Source: an uncultured Actinomycetota bacterium (GTDB lineage Bacteria; Actinomycetota; Actinomycetes; Mycobacteriales; SCTD01). Taken from it: a stretch of DNA of 64,000 nt. The stretch's first letter is position 1. Each line of letters starts with the position of its first letter. A program made the position numbers and the translations under genes. The notes under the pieces are model-generated. The model searched no databases. It saw only the letters and a program-made list of their open reading frames with translations, and was not told the DNA's origin. Shown here in pieces: positions 8,695-18,789 of this stretch. The stretch spans positions 292,683 through 356,682 of the forward strand of contig CAVXHI010000001.1 in NCBI GenBank assembly GCA_963761655.1, read 5' to 3'.

Positions 8695-10515
8695 GTGGCA
8701 CGCGCTGTCGGCATCGACCTCGGCACCACCAACTCCTGCGTCGCCGTCCTCGAGGGCGGCGAGCCCACCGTGATCGCCAACGCGGAGGGCGCCCGCACCA
8801 CCCCGTCGATCGTGGCCTTCGCCAAGAACGGCGAGGTCCTCGTCGGCGAGGTGGCCAAGCGCCAGGCGGTCACCAACGTCGAGCGCACCATCCGCTCGGT
8901 CAAGCGCCACATGGGCACCGACTGGAAGCAGTCGCTCGACGGCAAGGACTTCACGCCGCAGCAGATCAGCGCGTTCGTCCTGCAGAAGCTCAAGCGCGAC
9001 GCCGAGAGCTACCTCGGGGACACCGTCACCGACGCCGTCATCACGGTGCCGGCGTACTTCTCCGACGCCGAGCGCCAGGCCACCAAGGAGGCCGGCGAGG
9101 TCGCGGGCCTGAACGTCCTGCGGATCGTCAACGAGCCCACCGCGGCCGCCCTGGCCTACGGCCTCGACAAGGGCGACAAGGAGCAGACGATCCTCGTCTT
9201 CGACCTCGGCGGCGGCACGTTCGACGTGTCCCTGCTCGAGATCGGCGACGGCGTCATCGAGGTCAAGGCGACCTCGGGCGACAACAAGCTCGGCGGCGAC
9301 GACTGGGACCAGCGGGTCGTCGAGCACCTCGTCAAGCAGTTCGCCCTGTCCAACAACGGCCACGACCTGTCCAAGGACAAGATGGCCCTGCAGCGCCTGC
9401 GCGAGGCGGCCGAGAAGGCCAAGATCGAGCTCTCGGCGTCGCAGCAGACCAGCATCAACCTGCCGTACATCACCGCGAGCCCCGAGGGCCCGCTGCACCT
9501 CGACGTCTCCATGACGCGGGCCGAGTTCCAGCGGCTCACCCAGGACCTGCTCGACCGGTGCAAGAAGCCGTTCAACCAGGCCGTCAAGGACGCCGGCATC
9601 TCCGTCGGCGCGATCGACCACGTGGTGCTCGTCGGCGGTTCCACCCGCATGCCGGCCGTGTCCGACCTGGTCCGCGAGCTCACCGGCGGCAAGGAGCCCA
9701 ACAAGGGCGTCAACCCCGACGAGGTCGTCGCCATCGGCGCGGCCCTGCAGGCCGGCGTCCTCAAGGGCGAGGTCAAGGACGTCCTGCTGCTCGACGTCAC
9801 CCCGCTGTCCCTCGGCATCGAGACCAAGGGCGGGATCATGACCAAGCTCATCGAGCGCAACACCACGATCCCGACCAAGCGCTCCGAGGTCTTCACGACG
9901 GCGGACGACAACCAGCCGTCGGTGCAGATCCAGGTGTTCCAGGGCGAGCGCGAGATGGCCGCCTACAACAAGAAGCTCGGCATGTTCGAGCTCACCGGTC
10001 TGCCGCCCGCCCCCCGCGGCGTCCCGCAGATCGAGGTCGTCTTCGACATCGACGCCAACGGCATCGTGCACGTCTCCGCCAAGGACCTCGGCACCGGCAA
10101 GGAGCAGCGCATGACCATCTCCGGCGGCAGCGCGCTGCCCAAGGACGAGGTCGAGCGGATGATGAAGGAGGCCGAGCAGTACGCCGAGGAGGACGCCAAG
10201 CGCAAGGAGGAGGCGGAGACCCGCAACTCCGCCGAGGCGCTCGTCTTCCAGACCGAGAAGTTCCTCGGCGAGAACGGCGACAAGGTCCCTGCCGAGGGCA
10301 AGGCCGAGGTCGAGGAGGCGCTCTCCACGCTGAAGAGCGCCCTGGGCGGCAGCGACACCGCGGCCGTCAAGACCGCCGCCGAGGACCTCTCGCAGAAGAG
10401 CTCCGCGCTGGGCGGTGCGCTCTACGCCCAGCAGGCCGAGGCCGGTGACGGCGGGTCCGCGTCGCCCGAGGACGACGGCGTCGTCGACGCCGAGATCGTC
10501 GACGAGGACAAGTAG
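8695..10515 (+). CDS. dnaK: Molecular chaperone DnaK (Hsp70)
   Basis: 606 aa: [45 protein letters not shown] lies 7 nt upstream of the GTG. Confidence 0.98.
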   Translation: MARAVGIDLGTTNSCVAVLEGGEPTVIANAEGARTTPSIVAFAKNGEVLVGEVAKRQAVTNVERTIRSVKRHMGTDWKQSLDGKDFTPQQISAFVLQKLKRDAESYLGDTVTDAVITVPAYFSDAERQATKEAGEVAGLNVLRIVNEPTAAALAYGLDKGDKEQTILVFDLGGGTFDVSLLEIGDGVIEVKATSGDNKLGGDDWDQRVVEHLVKQFALSNNGHDLSKDKMALQRLREAAEKAKIELSASQQTSINLPYITASPEGPLHLDVSMTRAEFQRLTQDLLDRCKKPFNQAVKDAGISVGAIDHVVLVGGSTRMPAVSDLVRELTGGKEPNKGVNPDEVVAIGAALQAGVLKGEVKDVLLLDVTPLSLGIETKGGIMTKLIERNTTIPTKRSEVFTTADDNQPSVQIQVFQGEREMAAYNKKLGMFELTGLPPAPRGVPQIEVVFDIDANGIVHVSAKDLGTGKEQRMTISGGSALPKDEVERMMKEAEQYAEEDAKRKEEAETRNSAEALVFQTEKFLGENGDKVPAEGKAEVEEALSTLKSALGGSDTAAVKTAAEDLSQKSSALGGALYAQQAEAGDGGSASPEDDGVVDAEIVDEDK

Positions 10516-10518
10516 TCG

Positions 10519-11106
10519 ATGACCGGTCCTGACACGGAGTTCGACCCGGACCGGGTCGTGGTGCGCGACAAGCGCCGCCTCGACCCGGAGACGGGCGAGG
10601 TCAAGGCGCCCGAGGTCCTGGAGCAGGAGCCGGCGGCGGACGAGCCGCCGGCCCCGGACCCCCTCGCCGAGCTCACCGAGACCCTCCAGCGGGTCCAGGC
10701 GGAGTACGCCAACTACCGCAAGCGGGTCGAGCGCGACCGCGTCGCCATGGTCGAGCAGGCCACCGGCACGCTGCTCGCGCAGCTGCTGCCCCTGCTCGAC
10801 GACGTCAGCCGCGCGCGGCAGCACGACGACCTCACCGGCGCGTTCAAGACGGTCGGCGAGGGCCTCGAGCAGGTCGCCCAGCGGCTGGGCCTCGAGACCT
10901 ACGGCCAGCCCGGCGAGCCGTTCGACCCGCAGGTGCACGAGGCCGTCATGCAGGCCGAGCCCGACCCGGCGTTCAGCGTGGCGACCTGCGCGCAGGTCTT
11001 CCGCCCGGGCTTCCGGGTCGGCGGGCGGGTCCTGCGTCCGGCCCAGGTCGCGGTGGCCGAGCCCGGGGCCGACGCCGCGGCTCCGGCCACCGACACGAAG
11101 CTCTAG
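10519..11106 (+). CDS. grpE: Nucleotide exchange factor GrpE
   Basis: 195 aa. It sits between dnaK and dnaJ and carries YANYRKRVERD and the GrpE C-terminal beta domain (VLRPAQVAV). Confidence 0.93.
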   Translation: MTGPDTEFDPDRVVVRDKRRLDPETGEVKAPEVLEQEPAADEPPAPDPLAELTETLQRVQAEYANYRKRVERDRVAMVEQATGTLLAQLLPLLDDVSRARQHDDLTGAFKTVGEGLEQVAQRLGLETYGQPGEPFDPQVHEAVMQAEPDPAFSVATCAQVFRPGFRVGGRVLRPAQVAVAEPGADAAAPATDTKL

Positions 11107-11121
11107 GGAGGAGGGGACGCC

Positions 11122-12249
11122 GTGAGTGCACGTGACGTGGAGAAGGACTACTACGCCGCTCTCGGCGTCCCCGCGGACGCCCCGACGGCGGACATCAAGA
11201 AGGCCTACCGCAAGCTCGCGACCGAGCTGCACCCGGACAAGAACCCGGGCGACACGAAGGCCGAGGAGCGCTTCAAGAGCGTCTCGGAGGCCTACGACGT
11301 CCTGTCCGACGACGCCAAGCGCCGCGAGTACGACGAGCAGCGCCGGTACTTCGGCAGCGGCGGCCGCGCCGGTGGCGGCGGCTTCTCCTTCGACGTCAAC
11401 GACCTGTTCGGGCAGGGCGGCGCGGGCGGTCTCGGCGACGTCTTCAGCGGCCTGTTCGGCCAGGGCGGCGGACGGCGCGGGCCGGGGCAGCGGCAGCCCC
11501 GCAAGGGCGCCGACGTCGAGACGACCGTGACGCTGTCGTTCGTCGACGCGCTCCGCGGCTGCACGGTCCCGCTGCGGCTCTCGACCAGGGGCACGTGCGA
11601 GACCTGCCGGGGCGACGGCGCGGCTCCCGGCACGTCGCCGCGGGCCTGCGGCGTGTGCGGCGGACAGGGCGTCGTCAGCCGCAACCAGGGCGGGTTCGCG
11701 TTCGCCGAGCCGTGCACCGCCTGCCGCGGCTCGGGCCGCGTGGTCGAGACGCCCTGCCCGACCTGCCGCGGCACGGGCGAGACCTCGAGCGAGCGCACCC
11801 TGCAGGTGCGGGTGCCGACCGGGATCGAGGACGGGCAGCGCATCCGGCTGGCCGGTCGTGGGGGCGCCGGCGAGCGGGGAGGGACAGCGGGCGACCTCCT
11901 GGTCACGGTCGTCGTCACGCCCCACCCGGTCTTCTCGCGCCGCGGCACCGACCTCGTCCTCACCCTCCCGGTCACCTACCCGGAGGCGGCGCTCGGGGCG
12001 CAGGTCTCCGTCCCGACGACGGAGGGCCCCGTCACCCTCAAGGTCCCGCCCGGCACCACCACCGGCCGGACGTTCCGGGTGCGCGGCCGCGGGGTGAAGA
12101 AGAAGGACGGCAGCTCCGGCGACCTCCTCGTCACCGTGGAGGTCGCGGTCCCCAAGGACATGACGCCCGAGGCCCGGGAGGCGCTGGAGCGGTACGCCGT
12201 CGCCGCGCCCCAGGACCCGCGGGCCCACCTGCGGGAGGTGCAGCTGTGA
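11122..12249 (+). CDS. dnaJ: Co-chaperone DnaJ
   Basis: J domain (DYYAALGV...HPDKNP), G/F-rich linker, four CxxCxGxG zinc-finger repeats and a C-terminal domain. Confidence 0.96.
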   Translation: MSARDVEKDYYAALGVPADAPTADIKKAYRKLATELHPDKNPGDTKAEERFKSVSEAYDVLSDDAKRREYDEQRRYFGSGGRAGGGGFSFDVNDLFGQGGAGGLGDVFSGLFGQGGGRRGPGQRQPRKGADVETTVTLSFVDALRGCTVPLRLSTRGTCETCRGDGAAPGTSPRACGVCGGQGVVSRNQGGFAFAEPCTACRGSGRVVETPCPTCRGTGETSSERTLQVRVPTGIEDGQRIRLAGRGGAGERGGTAGDLLVTVVVTPHPVFSRRGTDLVLTLPVTYPEAALGAQVSVPTTEGPVTLKVPPGTTTGRTFRVRGRGVKKKDGSSGDLLVTVEVAVPKDMTPEAREALERYAVAAPQDPRAHLREVQL

Positions 12250-12647
12250 GCATCAACGACGACGCCCCGGTCTTCGTCATCTCGGTCGCGGCCGAGCTGT
12301 CCGGCATGCACCCCCAGACGCTCCGCCAGTACGACCGCCTCGGGCTCGTCACGCCCGGGCGCTCCGGCGGCGGGGGGCGCCGGTACTCCGCCCGCGACGT
12401 CGGCAAGCTCCGCGAGGTGCAGCGCCTCTCCCAGGAGGAGGGGGTCAACCTCGCCGGCGTGAAGCGGATCATCGAGCTGGAGAACCAGGTCGAGGCCCTG
12501 CAGGCGCGGCTGCTCGAGGTGGCCGCCGAGCTGGACCAGGCGGTGCGGGCGGCGGCGTCCGCACAGCAGACCGCGGCGGCGAGCCTGCGCCGCGACCTCG
12601 TGCCCCTGCGCGACAGCGCCCTGGTGGTGTGGAAGCCCCGCCGGTGA
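12246..12647 (+). CDS. hspR: MerR-family heat-shock repressor HspR
   Basis: The GTG overlaps the dnaJ stop (GTGA). [43 protein letters not shown] is the MerR HTH, followed by a coiled coil. It is the fourth gene of the dnaK operon. Confidence 0.9.
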   Translation: MSINDDAPVFVISVAAELSGMHPQTLRQYDRLGLVTPGRSGGGGRRYSARDVGKLREVQRLSQEEGVNLAGVKRIIELENQVEALQARLLEVAAELDQAVRAAASAQQTAAASLRRDLVPLRDSALVVWKPRR

Positions 12648-12649
12648 TG

Positions 12650-12665
12650 CTGTGCACGTGCACAG
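12650..12665. terminator. Perfect 16-bp palindrome CTGTGCACGTGCACAG 3 nt after the hspR stop (terminator or operator)
   Basis: Read directly from the sequence. A second small hairpin, GTGAC-ACCG-GTCAC, follows at about 12675-12688. Confidence 0.4.
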
Positions 12666-12807
12666 TCCGGCAGCGTGACACCGGTCACCAGTCCGATTGA
12701 CCGGAAAGGCGGCTTGTCGGACTCTGGACCGGTACGCCCGACCTGTCCGTGCCGTCACTGCGGGAGCCCCCGCGGGAACGGCCGGTCGCGTGCCCCGAGG
12801 AGTCCGC

Positions 12808-15186
12808 GTGAGCAGCCCGACGATCCCTGCCCCGACCGACAGCCTGCCCGAGGACGGCAGCGGCACCAGCCGGCGCCGCTTCCTGGCCTACCTCGTGGCC
12901 GCCCCCACGCTCGCCGTGGCCGTCAGCTACGTCGGCCTGCCGGCCGGTGTCGCCAACGCGCTCCCCGGCACACCGGAGATGGCCGACGCCGAGGACCTCG
13001 GTGACTTCCTCATCCAGGTGCAGAAGCCGACCGAGAGCCAGCTCATCCTGCTCGAGTCGCACACCGACGGCAGCGTCTCGTGCGCCCTCCCCCGGATGGA
13101 GGTCGGGCAGGGCCTCACGACGTCGGTGGCCATGCTCATCGCCGACGAGCTCGCGCTGCCGCTCAGCAAGGTGAAGGTCACCCTCGCCGACGCCCGGCCC
13201 GAGCTCCTGTTCGCGCAGATCACCGGCGGGTCCAACACCATCCGCTCGGTCTACGACCCCATCAAGGCCGCCGGGGCGGCGTTCCGCGGCCAGATGGCGG
13301 CTGCGGCGGCCGCGCAGCTGGGGGTCCCGGTCGACCGCCTCCGCATCCAGGACGGCGGGGTGCTCGCCCCCGACGGCCGCTCGCTGAGCTACGGCGAGCT
13401 CGCCGTGAAGGCCGCCGACCGTCGCCTGGTCGCCCCGTCCGACACCGCACTGGCCACCGGCGCGAAGCTCGTCGGGACGGAGCAGCGCCGCGTCGACGCC
13501 CTGGCCATGGTCACCGGCGCGTTCAAGTACACCAACGACCTCGACCCCGTGCCGGGCGCGCTGCGCTCGATGGTCCGCCGGGCGCCGTACATCCGCGGGT
13601 CGGTCAAGAGCATCGACAACCTCGCCGCGGTCAAGGCCATGCCGGGTGTCGTCGACGTGTTCGAGGTCGAGCTCAGCCGCATCGCCTACGACCAGGAGGA
13701 CGTGGTCGAGACCGGCGTCGCCGTCGTCGCGGCGACCTTCGGTCAGGCGCTCGACGGCAAGGAGGCCCTCCAGGTCACCTGGAACCCGGGCCCGCTGGCC
13801 GGCAAGGACGACGACGACATCAAGGCCGGCCTGCGGGGCATCAACCCGGGCCTCCCCGCCGCCGCGCTGCCCGCCCTGCCGGGGTCCCCGGTCAAGGTGG
13901 TCGAGGGCGAGTTCGACTTCGCCTTCGTCAGCCACGCCCCGCTCGAGAGCAACACCGCCATCGCCCACGTCCGCGACGGCAAGTGCGACGTGTGGTCGGG
14001 CATGAAGATCCCGATCGTCGCCGCCCAGACCATCGCCGACGAGCTCGGCCTGGACGCCGGGAACGTCAAGGCGCACGTCGTGCAGGGCGGTGGCTCGTTC
14101 GGCCGCCGGCTGTTCTTCGACGGCGCCCTCGAGGCCGCCCGCATCTCGCAGAAGGCCGGCAAGCCGGTCAAGCACATGTTCACCCGCATCGACGACATGC
14201 GGCACGGCCGGGCCCGCTCGGCGTCGCACCACCGGGTCCGCCTGGTCGCCGTCGGCAAGGAGGTCACGGCGCTGCAGCACAACGCCGCGTTCGTCGAGAC
14301 CGACTGGCGCCACGGGCTCGGCGAGATCTTCTCGGCGTACAGCGTCCAGCTGAACGCCCCGCAGCTGCTCCCCGCGTCGGTCGGCGGCAACCTGACCTTC
14401 TCGGAGTCGGTCTTCTACACGACGGTCAAGTCCCCCTACGACTTCGGCGCCACCGTCCAGTCGATCCAGGAGCTCGCGCTCCCGTTCAACACCGCCGCCT
14501 GGCGCTCGGTCTACTCGCCCAACACCCGCGGCGCCGAGGAGGTCCTGGTCGACGAGCTGGCCGCCGCGCTCGGCGAGGACGCCGGCCAGTTCCGGCTCGA
14601 CCGCCTGCCGACCGCCCGGCAGAAGGCGGTGCTGCAGAAGGCCCTGGACATGTCGCAGTACGGCAAGAAGACGCTGCCGAAGGGGGTCGCGATGGGCATC
14701 GGCTTCCACGACGAGTACAAGTCGCTGGCCGCGACCGTCGTGCAGATCGACGCCCGCGACCCGCAGAAGCCCCGGGTCACGCACGCCTGGACCGCCGCGG
14801 ACTACGGCGTGCCGGTCAACCCGCTGGGCCTGAAGTCCCAGCTGCTCGGCGGCCTGACCGACGGCATCGCCACCACGCTGCGGGCCGGCCTGCACCTGCG
14901 CGACGGCCTGTTCCTCGAGGGCAGCTACTCGCAGTTCCACTTCCCGCGGGTGCGCGACATCCCGAGCCAGGTCGAGATCCACATCTTCCCGGCGACCACC
15001 GACGTGCCCGGCGGTGCCGGCGAGCTCGGCGTCACGCCCGCCGTCGGCGCCGTGGCCAACGCCTACGCCCGGGCCACCGGGACGAAGGTGCGCAGCTTCC
15101 CGTTGATCTTCCCGGTCGACTTCGAGCCCATCACCAAGGGCACCGGGACGACCCGCCGCCCCAGCAACCTGCCCTCGAAGAAGTAG
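12808..15186 (+). CDS. Molybdopterin-binding oxidoreductase, large subunit (xanthine dehydrogenase family, IorB-like), Tat-exported
   Basis: ORF 12697..15186. GTG at 12808 follows GAGGAG. Twin-arginine signal SRRRFLAYLVAAPTLAVA, then aldehyde-oxidase/XDH-type domains. It is followed by the 2Fe-2S subunit gene. Confidence 0.8.
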   Translation: MSSPTIPAPTDSLPEDGSGTSRRRFLAYLVAAPTLAVAVSYVGLPAGVANALPGTPEMADAEDLGDFLIQVQKPTESQLILLESHTDGSVSCALPRMEVGQGLTTSVAMLIADELALPLSKVKVTLADARPELLFAQITGGSNTIRSVYDPIKAAGAAFRGQMAAAAAAQLGVPVDRLRIQDGGVLAPDGRSLSYGELAVKAADRRLVAPSDTALATGAKLVGTEQRRVDALAMVTGAFKYTNDLDPVPGALRSMVRRAPYIRGSVKSIDNLAAVKAMPGVVDVFEVELSRIAYDQEDVVETGVAVVAATFGQALDGKEALQVTWNPGPLAGKDDDDIKAGLRGINPGLPAAALPALPGSPVKVVEGEFDFAFVSHAPLESNTAIAHVRDGKCDVWSGMKIPIVAAQTIADELGLDAGNVKAHVVQGGGSFGRRLFFDGALEAARISQKAGKPVKHMFTRIDDMRHGRARSASHHRVRLVAVGKEVTALQHNAAFVETDWRHGLGEIFSAYSVQLNAPQLLPASVGGNLTFSESVFYTTVKSPYDFGATVQSIQELALPFNTAAWRSVYSPNTRGAEEVLVDELAAALGEDAGQFRLDRLPTARQKAVLQKALDMSQYGKKTLPKGVAMGIGFHDEYKSLAATVVQIDARDPQKPRVTHAWTAADYGVPVNPLGLKSQLLGGLTDGIATTLRAGLHLRDGLFLEGSYSQFHFPRVRDIPSQVEIHIFPATTDVPGGAGELGVTPAVGAVANAYARATGTKVRSFPLIFPVDFEPITKGTGTTRRPSNLPSKK

Positions 15187-15195
15187 GAGACCGTC

Positions 15196-15885
15196 GTGCC
15201 GATCCACACGTTCGAGCTCAACGGCAAGAAGGTCTCCGTCGACGCGCCGGACGACCTGTCCGTGCTCTGGACGCTGCGCGACAAGCTCGGCGTCACGGGA
15301 CCGAAGTACGGCTGCGGCATCAACGTCTGCAAGGCGTGCACCAGCCACGTCGACGACGCCCAGCCGTTCAACCCGTGCGTCACCGACCTGTCCCAGATCG
15401 ACGGTCGCAAGATCACGACCATCGAGGGCCTCGCCAAGGACGGGAAGCTCACCCCGGTGCAGCGGGCCTGGCTCGAGGAGGACGTCGCCCAGTGCGGCTA
15501 CTGCCAGCCGGGCCAGATCATGTACGCGACGTCGCTGCTGAAGACCACGCGGACGCCCACCGACGCCGACATCGACACCCTCGACAACGTCTGCCGCTGC
15601 GGCTCGTACTTCCGCATCCGCCAGGCCATCAAGCGAGCGGTGCAGATCATGGACGACGAGGGCGTCGACGCGCTCGGCGTCCCGGTCCGCGGCGGGAAGG
15701 GCACCCGCCCGGCCGCCACCACGACGACGACGGCCGCCGCCGCGCCCCCTGCCGGGACGGCTGGCGTGGCCACCGGGAGCCTGCCCACCACCGGCGTCTC
15801 CTCGAGCGTGGCGGCCGGCGCAGGCGTCCTCGTCGCCGGCGCGGCCGCGGCCGCCAAGGCCGCGCAGTCCCCCGAGACCGTCTAG
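15196..15885 (+). CDS. (2Fe-2S)-binding small subunit (IorA-like) with C-terminal Thr/Ala-rich extension and hydrophobic anchor
   Basis: Cys clusters GCGINVCKACT and CGYCQPGQIM...CRCGSY. The C-terminus reads TTTTAAAAPPAG...LPTTG-VSSSVAAGAGVLVAGAAAAA-KAAQSPETV. Confidence 0.85.
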   Translation: MPIHTFELNGKKVSVDAPDDLSVLWTLRDKLGVTGPKYGCGINVCKACTSHVDDAQPFNPCVTDLSQIDGRKITTIEGLAKDGKLTPVQRAWLEEDVAQCGYCQPGQIMYATSLLKTTRTPTDADIDTLDNVCRCGSYFRIRQAIKRAVQIMDDEGVDALGVPVRGGKGTRPAATTTTTAAAAPPAGTAGVATGSLPTTGVSSSVAAGAGVLVAGAAAAAKAAQSPETV

Positions 15886-15906
15886 GCGCGAGCACGCTCG
15901 ACCCGT

Positions 15907-15941
15907 CGGGCGGTCCTGGGGCACGACCCCGGGGCCGCCCG
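15907..15941 (+). terminator. Stem-loop terminator candidate after the iorAB-like pair
   Basis: CGGGCGG pairs with CCGCCCG as the outer stem. The inner stem is CCTGGGG / CCCCGGG(G) around the loop CACGA. TCGTCGTGT follows. Confidence 0.55.
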
Positions 15942-15957
15942 TCGTCGTGTCCGGGCC

Positions 15958-16006
15958 GCGCTGTCCCGACGCGCGCGCTGTCCCGACGCGCGTGGTCCCG
16001 ACGCGC
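15958..16006. repeat. Tandem direct repeat, 3 copies of GCGCTGTCCCGACGCGC (17, 17 and 15 nt)
   Basis: Copies at 15958-15974, 15975-15991 and 15992-16006. The third is GTGGTCCCGACGCGC. Confidence 0.9.
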
Positions 16007-16070
16007 TTGATCAACGGAGTCTGAGACAGCGTCCGGCCCGGCGGGGGCTGTCTCAGACTCCGTTGATCAA
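16007..16070. repeat. Perfect 24-bp inverted repeat with 16-nt loop
   Basis: TTGATCAACGGAGTCTGAGACAGC (16007-16030) is the exact reverse complement of GCTGTCTCAGACTCCGTTGATCAA (16047-16070). Confidence 0.95.
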
Positions 16071-16088
16071 AGAGGCGGCGCCGTGCAG

Positions 16089-16111
16089 AGTTGAGCGGAA
16101 CACTGTCAACT
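16089..16111. promoter_or_regulatory. HAIR-like inverted repeat upstream of clpB
   Basis: AGTTGA-GCGGAACACTG-TCAACT. It shares the core GAGC(C)GGAACACT with dnaK operator 1. Confidence 0.5.
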
Positions 16112-16163
16112 CCTGCGGCGTTCTGGGGTGCAGACTCCGCACTCCCGCACGAGAGGAACACCC

Positions 16164-18762
16164 GTGGACGCCGACCGCCTCACCACCAGGAGCCAGGAGG
16201 CCGTCTCGACGGCCGTGCGCCGGGCCAGCACCGAGGGGCACCCCGAGGTCGCGCCCGTGCACCTGCTGCTCGCCCTGCTCGACCAGGACGACGGGATCGC
16301 CGCCCCGCTGCTGACCGCCGTCGGCGCCGCCCCGGCGTCGGTCCGCACCCGGGCGCTCGCCCTGCTCGAGCGGCTGCCGAAGGCCCAGGGCGCCAACGTC
16401 GCCGCCCCGGGCCTGTCCCGGTCCCTGATGGCCGTCCTGTCGGTCGCCCAGCACAAGGCCACCGAGGTCGGCGACGACTACGTGTCCACCGAGCACCTGC
16501 TGGTGGGGCTGGCCGACTCGGGCGGCGACGTCGCCGAGCTGCTCAAGGGTGAGCGCGCTCTGCCCAAGACGCTCATGGACGCCTTCTCCAAGGTCCGCGG
16601 CGCGGCCCGCCGCGTCACCACGCAGGACCCCGAGTCGACCTACAAGGCGCTCGAGAAGTACGGCGTCGACCTGACCGACCGGGCCCGGCGCGGCGAGCTC
16701 GACCCCGTGATCGGGCGGGACACCGAGATCCGCCGGGTCGTGCAGGTGCTGTCGCGCCGCACCAAGAACAACCCGGTGCTGATCGGCGAGCCCGGCGTCG
16801 GCAAGACCGCCGTCGTCGAGGGGCTCGCGCAGCGCGTCGTCGACGGCGACGTCCCGGAGAGCCTGCGCGGCAAGCGCATCGTCGTCGCTGGACATGGCCG
16901 CCCTGGTCGCCGGCGCGCAGTACCGCGGGCAGTTCGAGGAGCGGCTCAAGGCGGTCCTGCAGGAGATCACGGAGTCCGACGGCGAGGTCATCACGTTCGT
17001 CGACGAGCTGCACACCGTCGTCGGCGCGGGCAAGGCCGAGGGCAGCATGGACGCCGGCAACATGCTCAAGCCGATGCTGGCCCGAGGCCAGCTGCGGATG
17101 GTCGGCGCGACGACGCTCGACGAGTACCGCCAGCACGTCGAGAAGGACCCCGCGCTCGAGCGGCGGTTCCAGCAGGTGCTGGTCGGGGAGCCGTCCGTCG
17201 AGGACACCATCGCCATCCTGCGCGGCCTCAAGGGCCGCTACGAGAGCCACCACAAGGTCGACATCAGCGACAGCGCCCTCGTCGCCGCGGCCTCCCTGTC
17301 CGACCGCTACATCACCTCGCGCTTCCTGCCCGACAAGGCGATCGACCTCGTCGACGAGGCGGCGTCGCGGCTGCGCATGGAGATCGACAGCCGGCCGGTC
17401 GAGATCGACGAGCTGCAGCGTGCCGTCGACCGCGCCCGGATGGAGATGCTCGCGCTCGAGCGCGAGACCGACGCCGCCTCGCAGGAGCGCCTCGCGACCC
17501 TGCGGCGCGACACCGCCGACCGCGAGGAGCAGCTGCAGGCGCTGCTCGCCCGGTGGGAGCGCGAGAAGGGCGGCCTGAACCGGGTCGGCGAGCTCAAGCA
17601 GCAGCTCGACGAGCTGCAGACCCAGATGGAGCGCGCCCAGCGCGAGGGCGACCTCGAGACGGCGTCCCGGCTGCGCTACGCCGACGTCCCTGCCGTCGAG
17701 AAGGAGCTGGCCGGGCTGGCCGGCTCGACCGGGGCCCGGATGGTCGAGGAGCAGGTCGGGGCCGACGACGTCGCCGAGGTCGTCAGCGCCTGGACCGGCA
17801 TCCCGGCCGGCCGCATGCTCGAGGGCGAGACGAGCAAGCTGCTGCGCATGGAGGCCTCCCTCGGGGAGCGACTCGTCGGGCAGCGGACCGCCGTCGAGGC
17901 CGTGTCCGACGCCGTCCGCCGCGCCCGCGCCGGGATCTCCGACCCCGACCGCCCCACCGGCTCGTTCCTGTTCCTCGGGCCGACCGGTGTCGGCAAGACC
18001 GAGCTGGCCAAGGCGCTGGCCGCGTTCCTGTTCGACGACGAGCGCGCCATGACCCGCATCGACATGAGCGAGTACGGCGAGAAGCACTCGGTGGCCCGCC
18101 TGGTCGGGGCGCCTCCCGGCTACGTCGGCTACGAGAGCGGCGGCCAGCTGACCGAGGCCGTCCGGCGCCGGCCCTACAACGTCGTGCTGCTCGACGAGGT
18201 CGAGAAGGCCCACCCCGACGTGTTCGACGTGCTCCTGCAGGTGCTGGACGACGGCCGCCTCACCGACGGCCAGGGCCGCACGGTCGACTTCCGCAACACG
18301 ATCCTGGTGCTGACCAGCAACCTCGGCAGCCAGTACGTCAGCGACCCGCTGCTCGACCCCGAGCAGCGGCGCGACAAGGTCCTGCAGGTCGTGCAGGGGG
18401 CGTTCAAGCCCGAGTTCCTCAACCGGCTCGACGACGTCGTCGTGTTCGACGCCCTGTCCACCGAGGACCTCGCCCGGATCGTCGACCTGCAGGTCACCGC
18501 CCTCGCGGAGCGGCTGCGGGAGCGGCGCCTCACCCTCGAGGTCACCGCTGCCGCCCGCGACTGGCTCACGCTCACCGGCTACGACCCGGCGTACGGCGCG
18601 CGGCCGCTGCGGCGCCTGGTGCAGAAGGCCGTGGGCGACACGCTGGCCCGGTCCCTGCTGTCCGGGGCGGTCCGGGACGGCGACGAGGTCGTGGTGGACG
18701 TCAAGGACGACCGGAGCGGCCTGACGGTGGCGCCGGCGGTGTCGCTCGCGAAGCAGGTCTAG
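16164..18762 (+). pseudogene. clpB: ClpB disaggregase interrupted by a +1 frameshift (one extra base near 16881-16887)
   Basis: The N-terminal part ([13 protein letters not shown]...[10 protein letters not shown]) is in the frame of ORF 16128.. . The rest ([24 protein letters not shown]... to the stop at 18762) is in the frame of ORF 16894..18762. The span is 2599 nt, which is 3n+1. Confidence 0.9.
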
Positions 18763-18789
18763 CGGCACGCCACGGCCTACGGTGACCGC

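Noticed and set aside
16128-16163. ATG at 16128 as the clpB start
   Set aside because: The conserved ClpB N-terminus begins at VDADRLT (GTG at 16164), preceded by GAGAGGAA. The extra 12 codons are not ClpB-like.
16870-16900. Programmed ribosomal frameshifting as an explanation for the split genes
   Set aside because: There is no slippery X XXY YYZ heptamer, no conserved downstream structure and no precedent for these families. Seven unrelated genes sharing the same single-base-insertion signature argues for error or mutation instead.
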